Of a DNA stretch of 64,000 bases, positions 48,181 to 57,857 are shown piece by piece (positions within the stretch are counted from its first letter, which is position 1; each line of letters opens with the position of its first letter). The position numbers and the translations under genes are program-made. Origin of the DNA: a virus. The notes under the pieces are model-generated. The model had not been told where the DNA came from. It ran no database searches and was given only the letters and a program-made list of their open reading frames with translations. The stretch lies in the IMG/VR virus record IMGVR_UViG_3300020182_000012, one strand, 5' to 3'.

Positions 48181-49550
48181 TCACCTTCTGGGTACAATCC
48201 CTCGTAACTCTTGAGCCATTCGTTGTTAGCCCATCGATATTGTATACCAGTGGTTAGGTTTGTTGTGTATTGCACTCCACTTGGGTTTGAACTATCAAAC
48301 ACAACATTCCATCGTGTGCCATCGTATTCGACGATATCATTTGCAACAGCTAACAATGGGGAACCATCAGTTCCTCTCCATGCTGCGGCGTTGCCGTTGG
48401 TACTACCAGTTGCGTTGTTAATAAACAAGTATCTTTGCCCAACGGCAGCGGCATCGAGTCCTGCACCTGGTCCGTTTCTTTGAGGATCAACTATAGAAGA
48501 AACTGCGTCTAATGTGTTTTGCGGAACAGTGTCAGTATCTACGGTAAACAACAAAAATCTATCGTCAGATGGATGATATGCTACCGTGCCAACAATAACA
48601 GTATTGTCGTATGGGTTGTCAATGCGTACCTGACTAATGCCGTTGCGCAAAGAACCGTACAAGTCGACTACAGTGTGCCACATGAGATTACTTGGCGGCG
48701 AAGCTGGAACTTCTGTTCCGTTGTTGTTGGTTACAACTGCCTTAGATTCAAGAACTTGTAACTGGTTCCCTAACAACAACACTTGATAATTGTAAGGAGT
48801 AAACTTTTGTCTTGTTCCTAATAGTAAGTCGTTGTTATGTATTGCTTCTGCATAATCGCCATTAGCATCAAACACACTAGCAATAATTTTCTGAACAACT
48901 CCAAGTTTTTTAACTTTAGCCGGCGGATTAATCCAGATTGGCATCTTAAATCTAAGAGTTGCTATATCAATTGGGTTGTCTGTGCCCTGCGGGACTGATC
49001 GAGAGCTCCACGAAACTTGCTCAAGATACATTACGCTAAGGCTCGTCCAATCAATAAAATTATCTGTGCCTTGAATTTCCAAACTTGGATTAAACAGTGT
49101 TAGTATTTGTTCTAGTAACTGCAATTTTTGATTGGTATTAGACGTCCATATATCTACATTAATTTCGAGGTCATACGGCACAGGCATGAGTTTTTCAACA
49201 GTAAAAGCTGTGCCCTGGGTTGTTTCGTATGATTCAGTGTCTGTATCCCAATAGCGTTGCCTTACATTTTGCTTTTCAACAAAATAAGGTTCTTGCATGC
49301 GATCACGAGCATAGTTTAAGTTGGTAACATGAAATGTAATTAAAGGAGTGCTTGGTAAAGAATTGGCACTGTTTTGCTGCATAATAGTTGCTGCATTTCG
49401 ACTTGCATCGCCATAGCGCACGGGTACTCGATACAAGCTGGCTGCATTTGTTGACTCGTCACGCCCGTATTCAACTTGGAAGTTACTGAAAACTCTTGTA
49501 ACTTGAAGTAAAAATCTTCGTATTTGCTCGTCATAAAAAAACTGTTGCAT
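48162..49550 (-). CDS. Tail terminator/sheath stabiliser, gp15-like, with C-terminal extension
   Basis: FFYD.QIRR, VP.RYG, PVPY.L, QLLEQIL..FNP. Confidence 0.75.
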   Translation of the reverse strand: MQQFFYDEQIRRFLLQVTRVFSNFQVEYGRDESTNAASLYRVPVRYGDASRNAATIMQQNSANSLPSTPLITFHVTNLNYARDRMQEPYFVEKQNVRQRYWDTDTESYETTQGTAFTVEKLMPVPYDLEINVDIWTSNTNQKLQLLEQILTLFNPSLEIQGTDNFIDWTSLSVMYLEQVSWSSRSVPQGTDNPIDIATLRFKMPIWINPPAKVKKLGVVQKIIASVFDANGDYAEAIHNNDLLLGTRQKFTPYNYQVLLLGNQLQVLESKAVVTNNNGTEVPASPPSNLMWHTVVDLYGSLRNGISQVRIDNPYDNTVIVGTVAYHPSDDRFLLFTVDTDTVPQNTLDAVSSIVDPQRNGPGAGLDAAAVGQRYLFINNATGSTNGNAAAWRGTDGSPLLAVANDIVEYDGTRWNVVFDSSNPSGVQYTTNLTTGIQYRWANNEWLKSYEGLYPEGEWSLVL

Positions 49551-50875
49551 TAATTATCAGCCTGTGGTTTTAGTAAGTGGTTAAGACCCTGGCGCTCTGG
49601 TATTTCTCCGCGATCCAATGTTTGCGTTTCGTTTGTATTGTTAACAAAACTACTACGAAGTGTCTGGTTTGACGCACCTGGAGTAAGATCAGTTCTTACA
49701 TTGTCTTCGTACTTAACCCAGCGTGTGCCGTTGTAGCGAAAAAGTCTATTAGGAAAGTAATCAAGTCTCAAAGCAAAGTCTCCTTCTTGTGGCCCAGGAG
49801 GAAAGCTGATACCGGGTGTAACTGGTAATCCGTTTGGTGCAATACCGTCACCGGTTAGATATCCTAGCGTGTATCCATTGGCTCTCGGGGACTGGGGTTG
49901 CCCGTCAACATCAACATCTGTTGTGTCGACTGTGATACCAGTTTCGTCAACTGTGTAGCTATCAGGGTCAGCAGGTGTACCATCTTCATTTGTAGGTACA
50001 ATATAAAACTCTACAGTATCGTATCCACTTAGTGGAACTTCGTACTCTGCTTGTGTGAGAATAGCATCATTAATTTCGAGATCTTTAGTAACTGTGCCAA
50101 ACGTTGTTAGTTCGCTCTTAGGCTCGATTTCTTTCCAGTGTGTAGTGTTGGTAATTTCGGTACCCACTGGTGTGTCAATTTTTGCTTGGTAATACTGATT
50201 GCCAAATAATACAATACTACCGCTTGGGTAATAATTTCCATTGTCCCAGATGTTGTCAACTTCGAACGGTTTTTTGAGAATATCGTTGTATTCCTGTGCG
50301 CCGACTAGAGGAGTTGCTTTAACACGCCACAAGTGAGGTAGCCAAGTTTGACTAAATCCTTCACTAGCAAATGAGGCATCTTGTATTACATAATACTTGG
50401 GTATTGCCTTGGCAATGCCGCTGTCTAGGGGATGAAAATCTTTAAGATTGGGCAACTCGAGAACATCACCGTTCATTAGTTTGCGTCCCAGTGTGTCGAT
50501 CATAAAGTTATAATGGAATGTGATAAACAGAGTATCGTTGTTTAAGAACAATCCAAACTGACTCAAGTCAAAATCAACATCCTGTGAATTGTACACGCCT
50601 CGCATTTGATAAACATCATCGTCGTATTTGCGATCTCTGTTTTCAAGTAAGAACAAATCTTCGATAAACAGCGGCGATTCGGTGCTGTATGCTGGTTGTG
50701 TAGCATCTTGTGTACCGCCGCTAACACTTGAACTATCATCGCCGTGCGGTTGTGGCCCAAGGTATTTGTGGACAAACATGTCAACTCCACCAACCTGATA
50801 CATTTCAGATATAGTACGGTCAATAAATTTGTAATCGTTTTGGCGATTTGGTCGATATAAACTCAAGCGTGGCAT
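49550..50875 (-). CDS. Neck protein, gp14-like
   Basis: LSQFGL....D...ITFH, GDV.ELP; upstream of the gp15-like gene. Confidence 0.65.
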   Translation of the reverse strand: MPRLSLYRPNRQNDYKFIDRTISEMYQVGGVDMFVHKYLGPQPHGDDSSSVSGGTQDATQPAYSTESPLFIEDLFLLENRDRKYDDDVYQMRGVYNSQDVDFDLSQFGLFLNNDTLFITFHYNFMIDTLGRKLMNGDVLELPNLKDFHPLDSGIAKAIPKYYVIQDASFASEGFSQTWLPHLWRVKATPLVGAQEYNDILKKPFEVDNIWDNGNYYPSGSIVLFGNQYYQAKIDTPVGTEITNTTHWKEIEPKSELTTFGTVTKDLEINDAILTQAEYEVPLSGYDTVEFYIVPTNEDGTPADPDSYTVDETGITVDTTDVDVDGQPQSPRANGYTLGYLTGDGIAPNGLPVTPGISFPPGPQEGDFALRLDYFPNRLFRYNGTRWVKYEDNVRTDLTPGASNQTLRSSFVNNTNETQTLDRGEIPERQGLNHLLKPQADN

Positions 50876-50917
50876 ACAGTATTCCTCTGCATGTATTTAT
50901 CGCTTGCATGCTATTGA

Positions 50918-51229
50918 TTAAAACGAATTGTGATGACACATCCAAAGTGTGAGACCACCATTGTCAGTATAATATACCACAAATCCTTCATTGTATGTGC
51001 GATAATTATAAGTGTATTCGATTTGAAAATTTTCGAAATCTTTATTTAATTTTTCGAGTACATCACCGCATGTACTATACTCATCGGTGTATCCAGTAGA
51101 CCACCTGAATCCTTTATCATCAACGCCACTACCGATAACTATTGCTTCAACACCACTACCGATAACTATTGCTTCTCTTGCATCAGCTGCTGATCCTAAC
51201 ATTCCTATTAATAATAACTGCTTGATCAT
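50918..51229 (-). CDS. Small hypothetical protein with signal-peptide-like N-terminus
   Basis: MIKQLLLIGMLGSAADA; in the early operon. Confidence 0.5.
   Translation of the reverse strand: MIKQLLLIGMLGSAADAREAIVIGSGVEAIVIGSGVDDKGFRWSTGYTDEYSTCGDVLEKLNKDFENFQIEYTYNYRTYNEGFVVYYTDNGGLTLWMCHHNSF
51121..51174. repeat. 27-bp tandem duplication (EAIVIGSGV x2)
   Basis: CAACGCCACTACCGATAACTATTGCTT then CAACACCACTACCGATAACTATTGCTT; one mismatch. Confidence 0.9.
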
Positions 51230-51414
51230 TTGCCTGCCTTTGCATCCTTTTCGGCTTTGGTCAGTTTGTTATTCCATGTGTTGTTGCTGATGCCAAGTTC
51301 ACTTGCCATAGCTTTGGTTTTTCCTTTGGTAACTTCGCCGCCTTTAGCAAGAAACTCGGCCTTCATACGTTCTAGTTCTTCGTCTATAGGCTTTGCATCG
51401 TGATTCATGCTCAT
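51226..51414 (-). CDS. Small hypothetical protein
   Basis: 62 aa, EFLAKGG.V motif; AGGAG SD. Confidence 0.55.
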   Translation of the reverse strand: MSMNHDAKPIDEELERMKAEFLAKGGEVTKGKTKAMASELGISNNTWNNKLTKAEKDAKAGK

Positions 51415-51816
51415 TTATGCACACTCCTTATATTCAACAACTAGTAAAAGATCTTTTACTAATTGCTTACCATACTTAGTAAATAAAATACCTTGCTCCC
51501 AAACAAAATGCTCTACATCTTGTCCGTGATAAAAAGTTTCAGAACCAGTAATCCAGCGAAGAGCCTCAACACGGTTACTAGCACCAAGACTAATTGTATC
51601 TTGAATACGATTTTCAAAACGAGCTACTGCCTTAACTTCTTGTTCTTTTTTAAACTTGTTATTTTCTTCAAGCTCTTTGCAAAGTTGATCCCAACGAACT
51701 TGTTTTTCAGCAGGCGGTAGAATGTTCCAGTTGTCAAGAATAACGCCACGTGGACGAAATCCGTAAACATCTTTATGTAAGTCCGAGAAACAATCGTCGC
51801 TGTAAGTATAAGTCAT
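51415..51816 (-). CDS. Hypothetical early phage protein
   Basis: SDLHKDVYGFRPR; start placed at MTYTYS after AAGGA. Confidence 0.6.
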   Translation of the reverse strand: MTYTYSDDCFSDLHKDVYGFRPRGVILDNWNILPPAEKQVRWDQLCKELEENNKFKKEQEVKAVARFENRIQDTISLGASNRVEALRWITGSETFYHGQDVEHFVWEQGILFTKYGKQLVKDLLLVVEYKECA

Positions 51817-51826
51817 ATTATTTCCT

Positions 51827-52078
51827 TTACGCAAAAAGTGGTTGCATTGTTTCGAAAACTTTGTTGTAAGCATTTACTTCTGCTTCGTAGAATTCGTAAA
51901 AATCTGAATCATCATCAAACCGAGCATTGTCACTCATGTAACTAGCGCAATGTTCGTCCCACACACGATTCATTGCTTGCATTCCTTCGAGTAAATCACC
52001 ACGTCCGTAACGGGAGATTGTTGTTTTAGCATCTTCAAAGGAAGTATCAAACTTATAAAAATTAGGAATTCTAAACAT
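51827..52078 (-). CDS. Hypothetical early phage protein
   Basis: GGAG SD before ATG 52078; directly below a sigma70 promoter. Confidence 0.6.
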   Translation of the reverse strand: MFRIPNFYKFDTSFEDAKTTISRYGRGDLLEGMQAMNRVWDEHCASYMSDNARFDDDSDFYEFYEAEVNAYNKVFETMQPLFA

Positions 52079-52108
52079 TGTATGCTCCATGTTTGCTAAC
52101 TTATATAT

Positions 52109-52137
52109 AATATAGCACTAACATATCACAATGTCAA
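52109..52137 (-). promoter_or_regulatory. Sigma70-type promoter, leftward
   Basis: TTGACA-N17-TATATT with TGn extension. Confidence 0.75.
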
Positions 52138-52171
52138 CCGTTTTCTTGTATTAGAACAAAAAAAGATTAGG

Positions 52172-52199
52172 TTGACACGCAGGCTAGTTGTGCTATAAT
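52172..52199 (+). promoter_or_regulatory. Sigma70-type promoter, rightward
   Basis: TTGACA-N16-TATAAT with TGn extension. Confidence 0.75.
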
Positions 52200-52223
52200 A
52201 CAATTGTTCATAGGAGACAAACA

Positions 52224-53480
52224 ATGGCAAAAGTAGCAGGTATTAAACTTCCCCCAAAAAAAGCACCAGTGGCTCGTAGAAAGCGCAGCAAAGTAGATGC
52301 AGCCTGGGATGATGCACTACAGATGAGCGGTGCAGCATATCACAAATACCGCCGTCGTGTGTTTGATGCCTACTATGCAGATAAAAAATCAGCAGATGTT
52401 TTTCCTGACCTAATTGAATGGATGAAAGATGCTGGCTATAGCAGCACCGATGTTAAGCGTATGCGCAAGCATGGGTCTGTAGGGCTTGTGCTAATTGGAA
52501 TCTACACAAGATGTCTCCGCAACAATATGCCTGATTTACACCCTGAACACAATGCATATTGGCAAACGTTGCCTGGGTCCACTGGAGACCTGCAACCAAT
52601 CTCAATTTTTATACGCAAAAAGATTGACGAAGCACTTTCCAAAGTTGATGCAGCAGACATGGACGAAGAGGATGAAGTTGTTAAACCAGAAACTGCTCGT
52701 CGTACGGTACAAGAAAACATGCGAGATAAAACCATGGAAATTGGTGGGGAAATTGATGAACTTTTTGATGAATTTGCTGCTAGTGAATACAAAAATCCCG
52801 AAAAGTTCTCAGTTATGAATTTGCTGAGAAGTAAAAGTTGCCCACCGCAGACAATTGATATAATTGCTGGGCCACTTAAAAATCAACTATCTGAGTTAAC
52901 AGAGTTGATGAATCCACCTACGCCTGCAAAACTAAAGAAAATGAGCGAACACGAAAAAGACATGCACGAACAGCTCAAAGAAGGGTATGCACATTTAGGA
53001 AAACTACAAATTCGTGCAATACACAAGTTTCTTGAAAAAGCAATTGCTGACTGTGCAAGTTATGTACAAGTTAAGAAAGTAGAACGCAAGCCACGTGCAG
53101 TCAAGCAAAAGACACCAGCGCAAATTGTACGCAAGTTCAAGTATCTTAAAGAGTTTGCAGATTTAAAGTTAACCAGTGTTAGTGCAGAAAAACTAGTAAA
53201 TGGCAGCGAAGCTTGGTTGTACAATACATCAACACGAAAATTGATACATCTTGTTGCAGATGATATGACTCAAACGTATACTATTAAGAGCAACACAGTT
53301 ATCGGGTACGATCCTAGTAAGAGCGTGAGTAAAACATTGCGCAAGCCAGCAGAGCAACTTAAAGCATTCTTAAAAGGCGGTAAACCTGCTTGTCGGAAGG
53401 TTTTTCAAGACATCAAAGCCACTGAGGTAAAGTACAACGGTCGTGGAAATGATCATGTAGTAATACTCAAGGCTTGGTGA
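52224..53480 (+). CDS. Hypothetical phage protein
   Basis: AGGAG SD before MAKVAG; C-terminal YNT..RKL...S..KTLRKP...NGR.N. Confidence 0.65.
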   Translation: MAKVAGIKLPPKKAPVARRKRSKVDAAWDDALQMSGAAYHKYRRRVFDAYYADKKSADVFPDLIEWMKDAGYSSTDVKRMRKHGSVGLVLIGIYTRCLRNNMPDLHPEHNAYWQTLPGSTGDLQPISIFIRKKIDEALSKVDAADMDEEDEVVKPETARRTVQENMRDKTMEIGGEIDELFDEFAASEYKNPEKFSVMNLLRSKSCPPQTIDIIAGPLKNQLSELTELMNPPTPAKLKKMSEHEKDMHEQLKEGYAHLGKLQIRAIHKFLEKAIADCASYVQVKKVERKPRAVKQKTPAQIVRKFKYLKEFADLKLTSVSAEKLVNGSEAWLYNTSTRKLIHLVADDMTQTYTIKSNTVIGYDPSKSVSKTLRKPAEQLKAFLKGGKPACRKVFQDIKATEVKYNGRGNDHVVILKAW

Positions 53481-53514
53481 TAATGCTAAATACTGTATAA
53501 GGACGGCAGTATAA

Positions 53515-54288
53515 ATGGCAACAGTAACACTTGATCAAACACTTGATACTCTCAAGCAACAAACAATCGATTATGTAAAGCTTCAGCTCGGAGACGGAAT
53601 GATTGATTTGGAACTTGATGCAGAGCACTACGAAGCATCGTATCAACGAGCCCTTGGCACATACCGCCAACGAGCAGAAAATGCGTTTGAGGAAAGTTAT
53701 AACTTTCTAAAATTGCAAGATGGTGTAAATGTTTACACACTGCCCAGTGAAATACAAACTGTTAGGCAAGTGTTCAGAAGAACCATTGGGTGGGACAACG
53801 GCGGAGAAGGTAGTGCGTTTGAACCGTTTAGTTCAGCTGCACTTAACACATACTTGTTGAATGGTAACACCATGGGCGGACTTGCTACATATGATTTTTA
53901 TAGCCAGTATGTTGAGCTTACTGCTAAGATGTTTGGTGGATTTTTGAATTACACTTACAATAGTGCATCTAAGGAGATAACACTAATGCGTGATATCAAG
54001 GGCAGCGGTGAAGTTGTATTGCTTTGGTGTTACAATCTGCGACCCGAAGCACAACTACTCAGCGATTTTTCTATCTCGCAATGGATAAAGGATTATATGA
54101 TTGGCAATTGTAAACTAATGATCGGCGAAGCCAGAGAAAAGTTTGCTACTATTGCTGGACCCCAAGGCGGTACTGCACTAAACGGTGCACAAATGAAAGC
54201 CGAAGGATCTGCTATCATGGCTGAAAAAATCGAAGAGCTTAAAAACTATGTTGACGGCTCACAGCCTCTTACTTGGGTAATTGGATAA
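53515..54288 (+). CDS. Neck protein, gp13-like
   Basis: LG...I..EL...., W.KDY.....K...G....KF..I.GP.GG..LNG; late promoter CTAAATA. Confidence 0.8.
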   Translation: MATVTLDQTLDTLKQQTIDYVKLQLGDGMIDLELDAEHYEASYQRALGTYRQRAENAFEESYNFLKLQDGVNVYTLPSEIQTVRQVFRRTIGWDNGGEGSAFEPFSSAALNTYLLNGNTMGGLATYDFYSQYVELTAKMFGGFLNYTYNSASKEITLMRDIKGSGEVVLLWCYNLRPEAQLLSDFSISQWIKDYMIGNCKLMIGEAREKFATIAGPQGGTALNGAQMKAEGSAIMAEKIEELKNYVDGSQPLTWVIG

Positions 54289-54665
54289 TGAGAGCAGAAG
54301 AATTCATCACTGAACACGAAATGGTTTTTAGTCGTACAGGTAACAAACTAAAAACCAAATGGCGTTGTACTAGCGGCCCACGAAACGGTCGTGTTGTTAG
54401 CAACGCAAAAGATTGCGATGCTCCAATTGATCAGGCCAAGCGAGCTCAAATGAAGAAGACTCGCAAGACCAAGAGTGCTCAAGCAGCTCGCAAAGCTAAG
54501 AAGACCAAACGTGTAAATCCAGCTAGTAAGTTGTTAAGCATGCTCAACAAGATGCGCAAGTCTAGTGTTACCAGCGGCGGCAAAGTACAAAAAGCGTACA
54601 AGCCACCAAAGAGTAGCCTTAAAGGCACAACTGGAACTAAAAAAACAGTCAAGCCAAGAAAATAG
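54288..54665 (+). CDS. Lys/Arg-rich hypothetical protein
   Basis: RCTSG.R.GRVV....C; coupled to the gp13-like stop (TAATG). Confidence 0.55.
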   Translation: MRAEEFITEHEMVFSRTGNKLKTKWRCTSGPRNGRVVSNAKDCDAPIDQAKRAQMKKTRKTKSAQAARKAKKTKRVNPASKLLSMLNKMRKSSVTSGGKVQKAYKPPKSSLKGTTGTKKTVKPRK

Positions 54666-54693
54666 TTGACAACAGTGTTAAATCTGTTATACT
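54666..54693 (+). promoter_or_regulatory. Sigma70-type promoter, probably giving a leaderless mRNA
   Basis: TTGACA-N16-TATACT; ATG 6 nt downstream; no SD. Confidence 0.65.
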
Positions 54694-54699
54694 AAAATT

Positions 54700-55224
54700 A
54701 TGACAGATATAATGATTGATATTGAAACTGTAGGTACAGGTCCTAACGCCTGTGTACTTACAATCGCAGCCCAGACATTTGATCCAGCTGGGTCCGGGTA
54801 TCTCCCACAAGATTATTATGCAAGGATCGATGTTGACAGTCAACCCGACAGAGATGTTGATGATGCTACAGTTGCTTGGTGGGCAACTCAGCCGGCTGAA
54901 GCACAAGCAGAAGCATTTAGTGACGAAGGACGTATTCCGCTCAAACAATCACTGGAAGAACTAAGTAAACTGTGTTTTCACTGCAATCTTATTTGGGCCA
55001 ATGGTACAACATTTGATATGGTTATACTTGAAAATGCATACAAACAACAAGGGTTGCCTATTCCGTGGCAGTTTTGGCGTGTTCGTGATGCAAGAACAGT
55101 ATATAGTTTGTACCCAGACTTGCCTAAACCTAAAGCAAGTCATCACGCACTAGAAGATTGCAAACGGCAGATTGATTTGCTACAGCAGACACTAGCATAC
55201 CTTGGAGTAAAAAAACTACGATGA
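54700..55224 (+). CDS. DEDDh 3'-5' exonuclease (DexA/Rv2179c-like)
   Basis: MIDIET, WANG..FD, RD.RT, HHALED. Confidence 0.85.
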   Translation: MTDIMIDIETVGTGPNACVLTIAAQTFDPAGSGYLPQDYYARIDVDSQPDRDVDDATVAWWATQPAEAQAEAFSDEGRIPLKQSLEELSKLCFHCNLIWANGTTFDMVILENAYKQQGLPIPWQFWRVRDARTVYSLYPDLPKPKASHHALEDCKRQIDLLQQTLAYLGVKKLR

Positions 55225-55826
55225 CACAGATACCAATTGTAAATGGAACCAATGGGCAAACCTGGATGGAACTCTGGGAAACCGAAGAATACAACAGTAG
55301 CAAGAAATTGCAATGGGAGGCAGTTGACCAGTATCTCAATCAATCCGTTAGCATTAGTTGCGAAATCGGGTGCGGGCAAGCATACGACAGTCTTTGGTTT
55401 CAGCAAGCATATGGAACTGAGGTTTATCTGATTGAAGGTGTTAGTGAGAAGAACAATAAAGAACAAGCTCGACAAGGAAAGTTTGGACAAGCTGATAATT
55501 TTGTTTACTATCATAGCAAAGCCGAACTAAATGCCGAATGGGATAGATTAGAGTTACAAAGAACGCATCTTACTCCCGAGGACTGCGACAAACTAAAAAA
55601 ATCTACAACGTTTGATCTAATCTTTAGTTTTAAAAGTTGTGGCGCACACTATCCAATGAGCACCTACACTGACTTTATTCGCAAGCACATCAACAAAAAC
55701 ACAAGATTGATTTTTGACTTGCGAAACGGACAAGATACGTTTAACAGCATTGGTATAGATTATGAAATTGTTAACGTGATCGCAACCAGCAAAAAACACA
55801 AAACTGTAGAATTAAAACTTATATAA
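55221..55826 (+). CDS. Class I SAM-dependent methyltransferase-like protein
   Basis: EIGCGQA motif I; FDLIFSF.SCG.HYP. Confidence 0.65.
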   Translation: MTQIPIVNGTNGQTWMELWETEEYNSSKKLQWEAVDQYLNQSVSISCEIGCGQAYDSLWFQQAYGTEVYLIEGVSEKNNKEQARQGKFGQADNFVYYHSKAELNAEWDRLELQRTHLTPEDCDKLKKSTTFDLIFSFKSCGAHYPMSTYTDFIRKHINKNTRLIFDLRNGQDTFNSIGIDYEIVNVIATSKKHKTVELKLI

Positions 55827-55837
55827 CCAAAGCTAAG

Positions 55838-56911
55838 ATGGCACAAATGGAATTAATTTCAACGTTAGAATACGGCAAACGTTTAGATAATATCAAAGAA
55901 CTAACCAATAACCATGTTCTGCATATATTTGATTTTTTTGACCAACAATACCTTGATCAAATATTAAAAAAAGGAACTCCTGGTGCAATTGTAAGTGATG
56001 CATATTTAATGAAACCTCCTTACTCTAACACAATTCCCTTTTATGGGTTACCAATTTGGATAGCTGAGGACACACTAAAAATCATTGACGGTTACAAATT
56101 TGACAGTAATATGTCCACAACAAACTGTTTTAATTTTATGATCAATATGAAACGTATCAACAGATTTTTATGCATCAAACTTGTTGAAAATTTTAAATTA
56201 TCTAATTTTGATTACACATGGCCTGCTATTGATCAAAATTTTGATATGAGTTATATTCTAGATGAGATAACATCGTTAGGTGATCAAAATCCATTGGATC
56301 AAGCAACACAAGCTTTTATGTTATCGCCAATAAAATTACAAAAAAGATTTATAGAATTTAAAGGAGAGGTCAAATTTGATAGAACTTCAATGGCCCAGGG
56401 CGCTGGTGTGGCAAATTATGGGGGTAATAGCTGGGCGTGGAGAAATGGGTTAGATAAAATGTTTTCAAGTTCGGCTATTTCGTTAATAACTGAATCAGGG
56501 GAGACCTCAAAAGCTGCTGGCTTTACAGAAAAAACAATATTTTCGGTATTAGGGTTAACTTTTCCAATTTGGGTTGGCGGATATAATCAAGCAACCGAAT
56601 GGAAAGATATTGGGTTTGACGTGTTTGATGATATAATTGATCATAGTTATCAGTCATATGATACGTTAATAGAAAGATGTTATTATGCATTTGCTAATAA
56701 TTTAGATCTACTTTCAAATAAAGATAAATCTGCTAAATTAAGATTATCATGTCATGACCGTTTACTTAAAAATCGAGAATTATTGTTAAACAATCACTTA
56801 ACGACCATTGTAAACAATAAAACAAGCGCCTGGCCACAAGAATTGCAGTCGTGTGTGCCCGAGTTATTGAAATTAACAACCGAAGCCTGGAGAGAGAAAG
56901 AAATAATATGA
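55838..56911 (+). CDS. Hypothetical protein, glycosyltransferase-like
   Basis: SLITES...FTEKT...P...GG...GFDVFDDIIDHSY; AT-rich. Confidence 0.45.
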   Translation: MAQMELISTLEYGKRLDNIKELTNNHVLHIFDFFDQQYLDQILKKGTPGAIVSDAYLMKPPYSNTIPFYGLPIWIAEDTLKIIDGYKFDSNMSTTNCFNFMINMKRINRFLCIKLVENFKLSNFDYTWPAIDQNFDMSYILDEITSLGDQNPLDQATQAFMLSPIKLQKRFIEFKGEVKFDRTSMAQGAGVANYGGNSWAWRNGLDKMFSSSAISLITESGETSKAAGFTEKTIFSVLGLTFPIWVGGYNQATEWKDIGFDVFDDIIDHSYQSYDTLIERCYYAFANNLDLLSNKDKSAKLRLSCHDRLLKNRELLLNNHLTTIVNNKTSAWPQELQSCVPELLKLTTEAWREKEII

Positions 56912-57405
56912 GCAAATTTAAATTATTAGTAATCGGGCATGGCCGCCATGGCAAAGATACTGTTTGTGAATTGCTCAGAGACAACTATGGATATACATTT
57001 GAGAGCAGTAGTAAATTTTGTAGTAAACAATTTATATACAATGATCTAAGGGAAAAATATGGATATGCTAATGAAGAAGAGTGTTATGCTGACAGGCACA
57101 ATCACAGAGCAGAATGGTATGATTCTATCTGCAATTATAATGTCACTGATGCAGCAACTTTAGGTAGAGAAATGTTTGCTGCGTATGATATCTATTGTGG
57201 GCTACGCAACAAGCGTGAATTTTTTGCAATGCAAAATACTGGCGTATTTGACTATTGTATTTGGGTAGATCGCAGTATGCATCTAGAAGAAGAGTCAAAA
57301 GACTCGATGAGTTTAGAGCAATGGATGGCTGATTATACCATTGACAACAACGGTACACTAGAAGATTTGAAGTTTAATTTAGATCAGTTAATGTTGCACT
57401 TATGA
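56908..57405 (+). CDS. P-loop kinase, dNMP kinase-like
   Basis: VIGHGRHGKDT, GLR...E, D..IDNNGTLE.L. Confidence 0.7.
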   Translation: MSKFKLLVIGHGRHGKDTVCELLRDNYGYTFESSSKFCSKQFIYNDLREKYGYANEEECYADRHNHRAEWYDSICNYNVTDAATLGREMFAAYDIYCGLRNKREFFAMQNTGVFDYCIWVDRSMHLEEESKDSMSLEQWMADYTIDNNGTLEDLKFNLDQLMLHL

Positions 57406-57406
57406 G

Positions 57407-57751
57407 TTAGTCCTCTATTAGATCTCCAACCTTCCATGGTAGATCTAATCTATTAACTTCGACTGTGCAGTTTAAGCAAACACATCTCAAATTAGCAAGA
57501 TTGTTATTATTGAGATTACCATCTATGTGATAGACTAGAATCTGTGCTCCGCTAACCGCATTAAATCCACAACGATCACATGTTGTACTTTTTTTAAATC
57601 CGTTCTGTTGCCACCTAGGCACAGGCGTTTTTTTGCGACGATTTCTTCTTGTGCAATTATCGCATCTTGTGCGATAATGTGTTTTGCCTTCTTTTTTATA
57701 GTTAACAGCAACTAATCGACGGTTGCATGCGGTACATATGGGTCTATTCAT
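57407..57751 (-). CDS. Zinc-finger/HNH-like protein
   Basis: Four CxxC pairs; HIDGN..NN...NL..VC.NC lacking the final His. Confidence 0.65.
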   Translation of the reverse strand: MNRPICTACNRRLVAVNYKKEGKTHYRTRCDNCTRRNRRKKTPVPRWQQNGFKKSTTCDRCGFNAVSGAQILVYHIDGNLNNNNLANLRCVCLNCTVEVNRLDLPWKVGDLIED

Positions 57752-57857
57752 GCATTTATTTATATTAAAACCTTTGCAAAGGGCACTCTAAGGGGCTGGA
57801 ATTCGTATATTTTTATAAATATCATTAGCGAATACTTTTACAAAGGAAGCAATTAAC

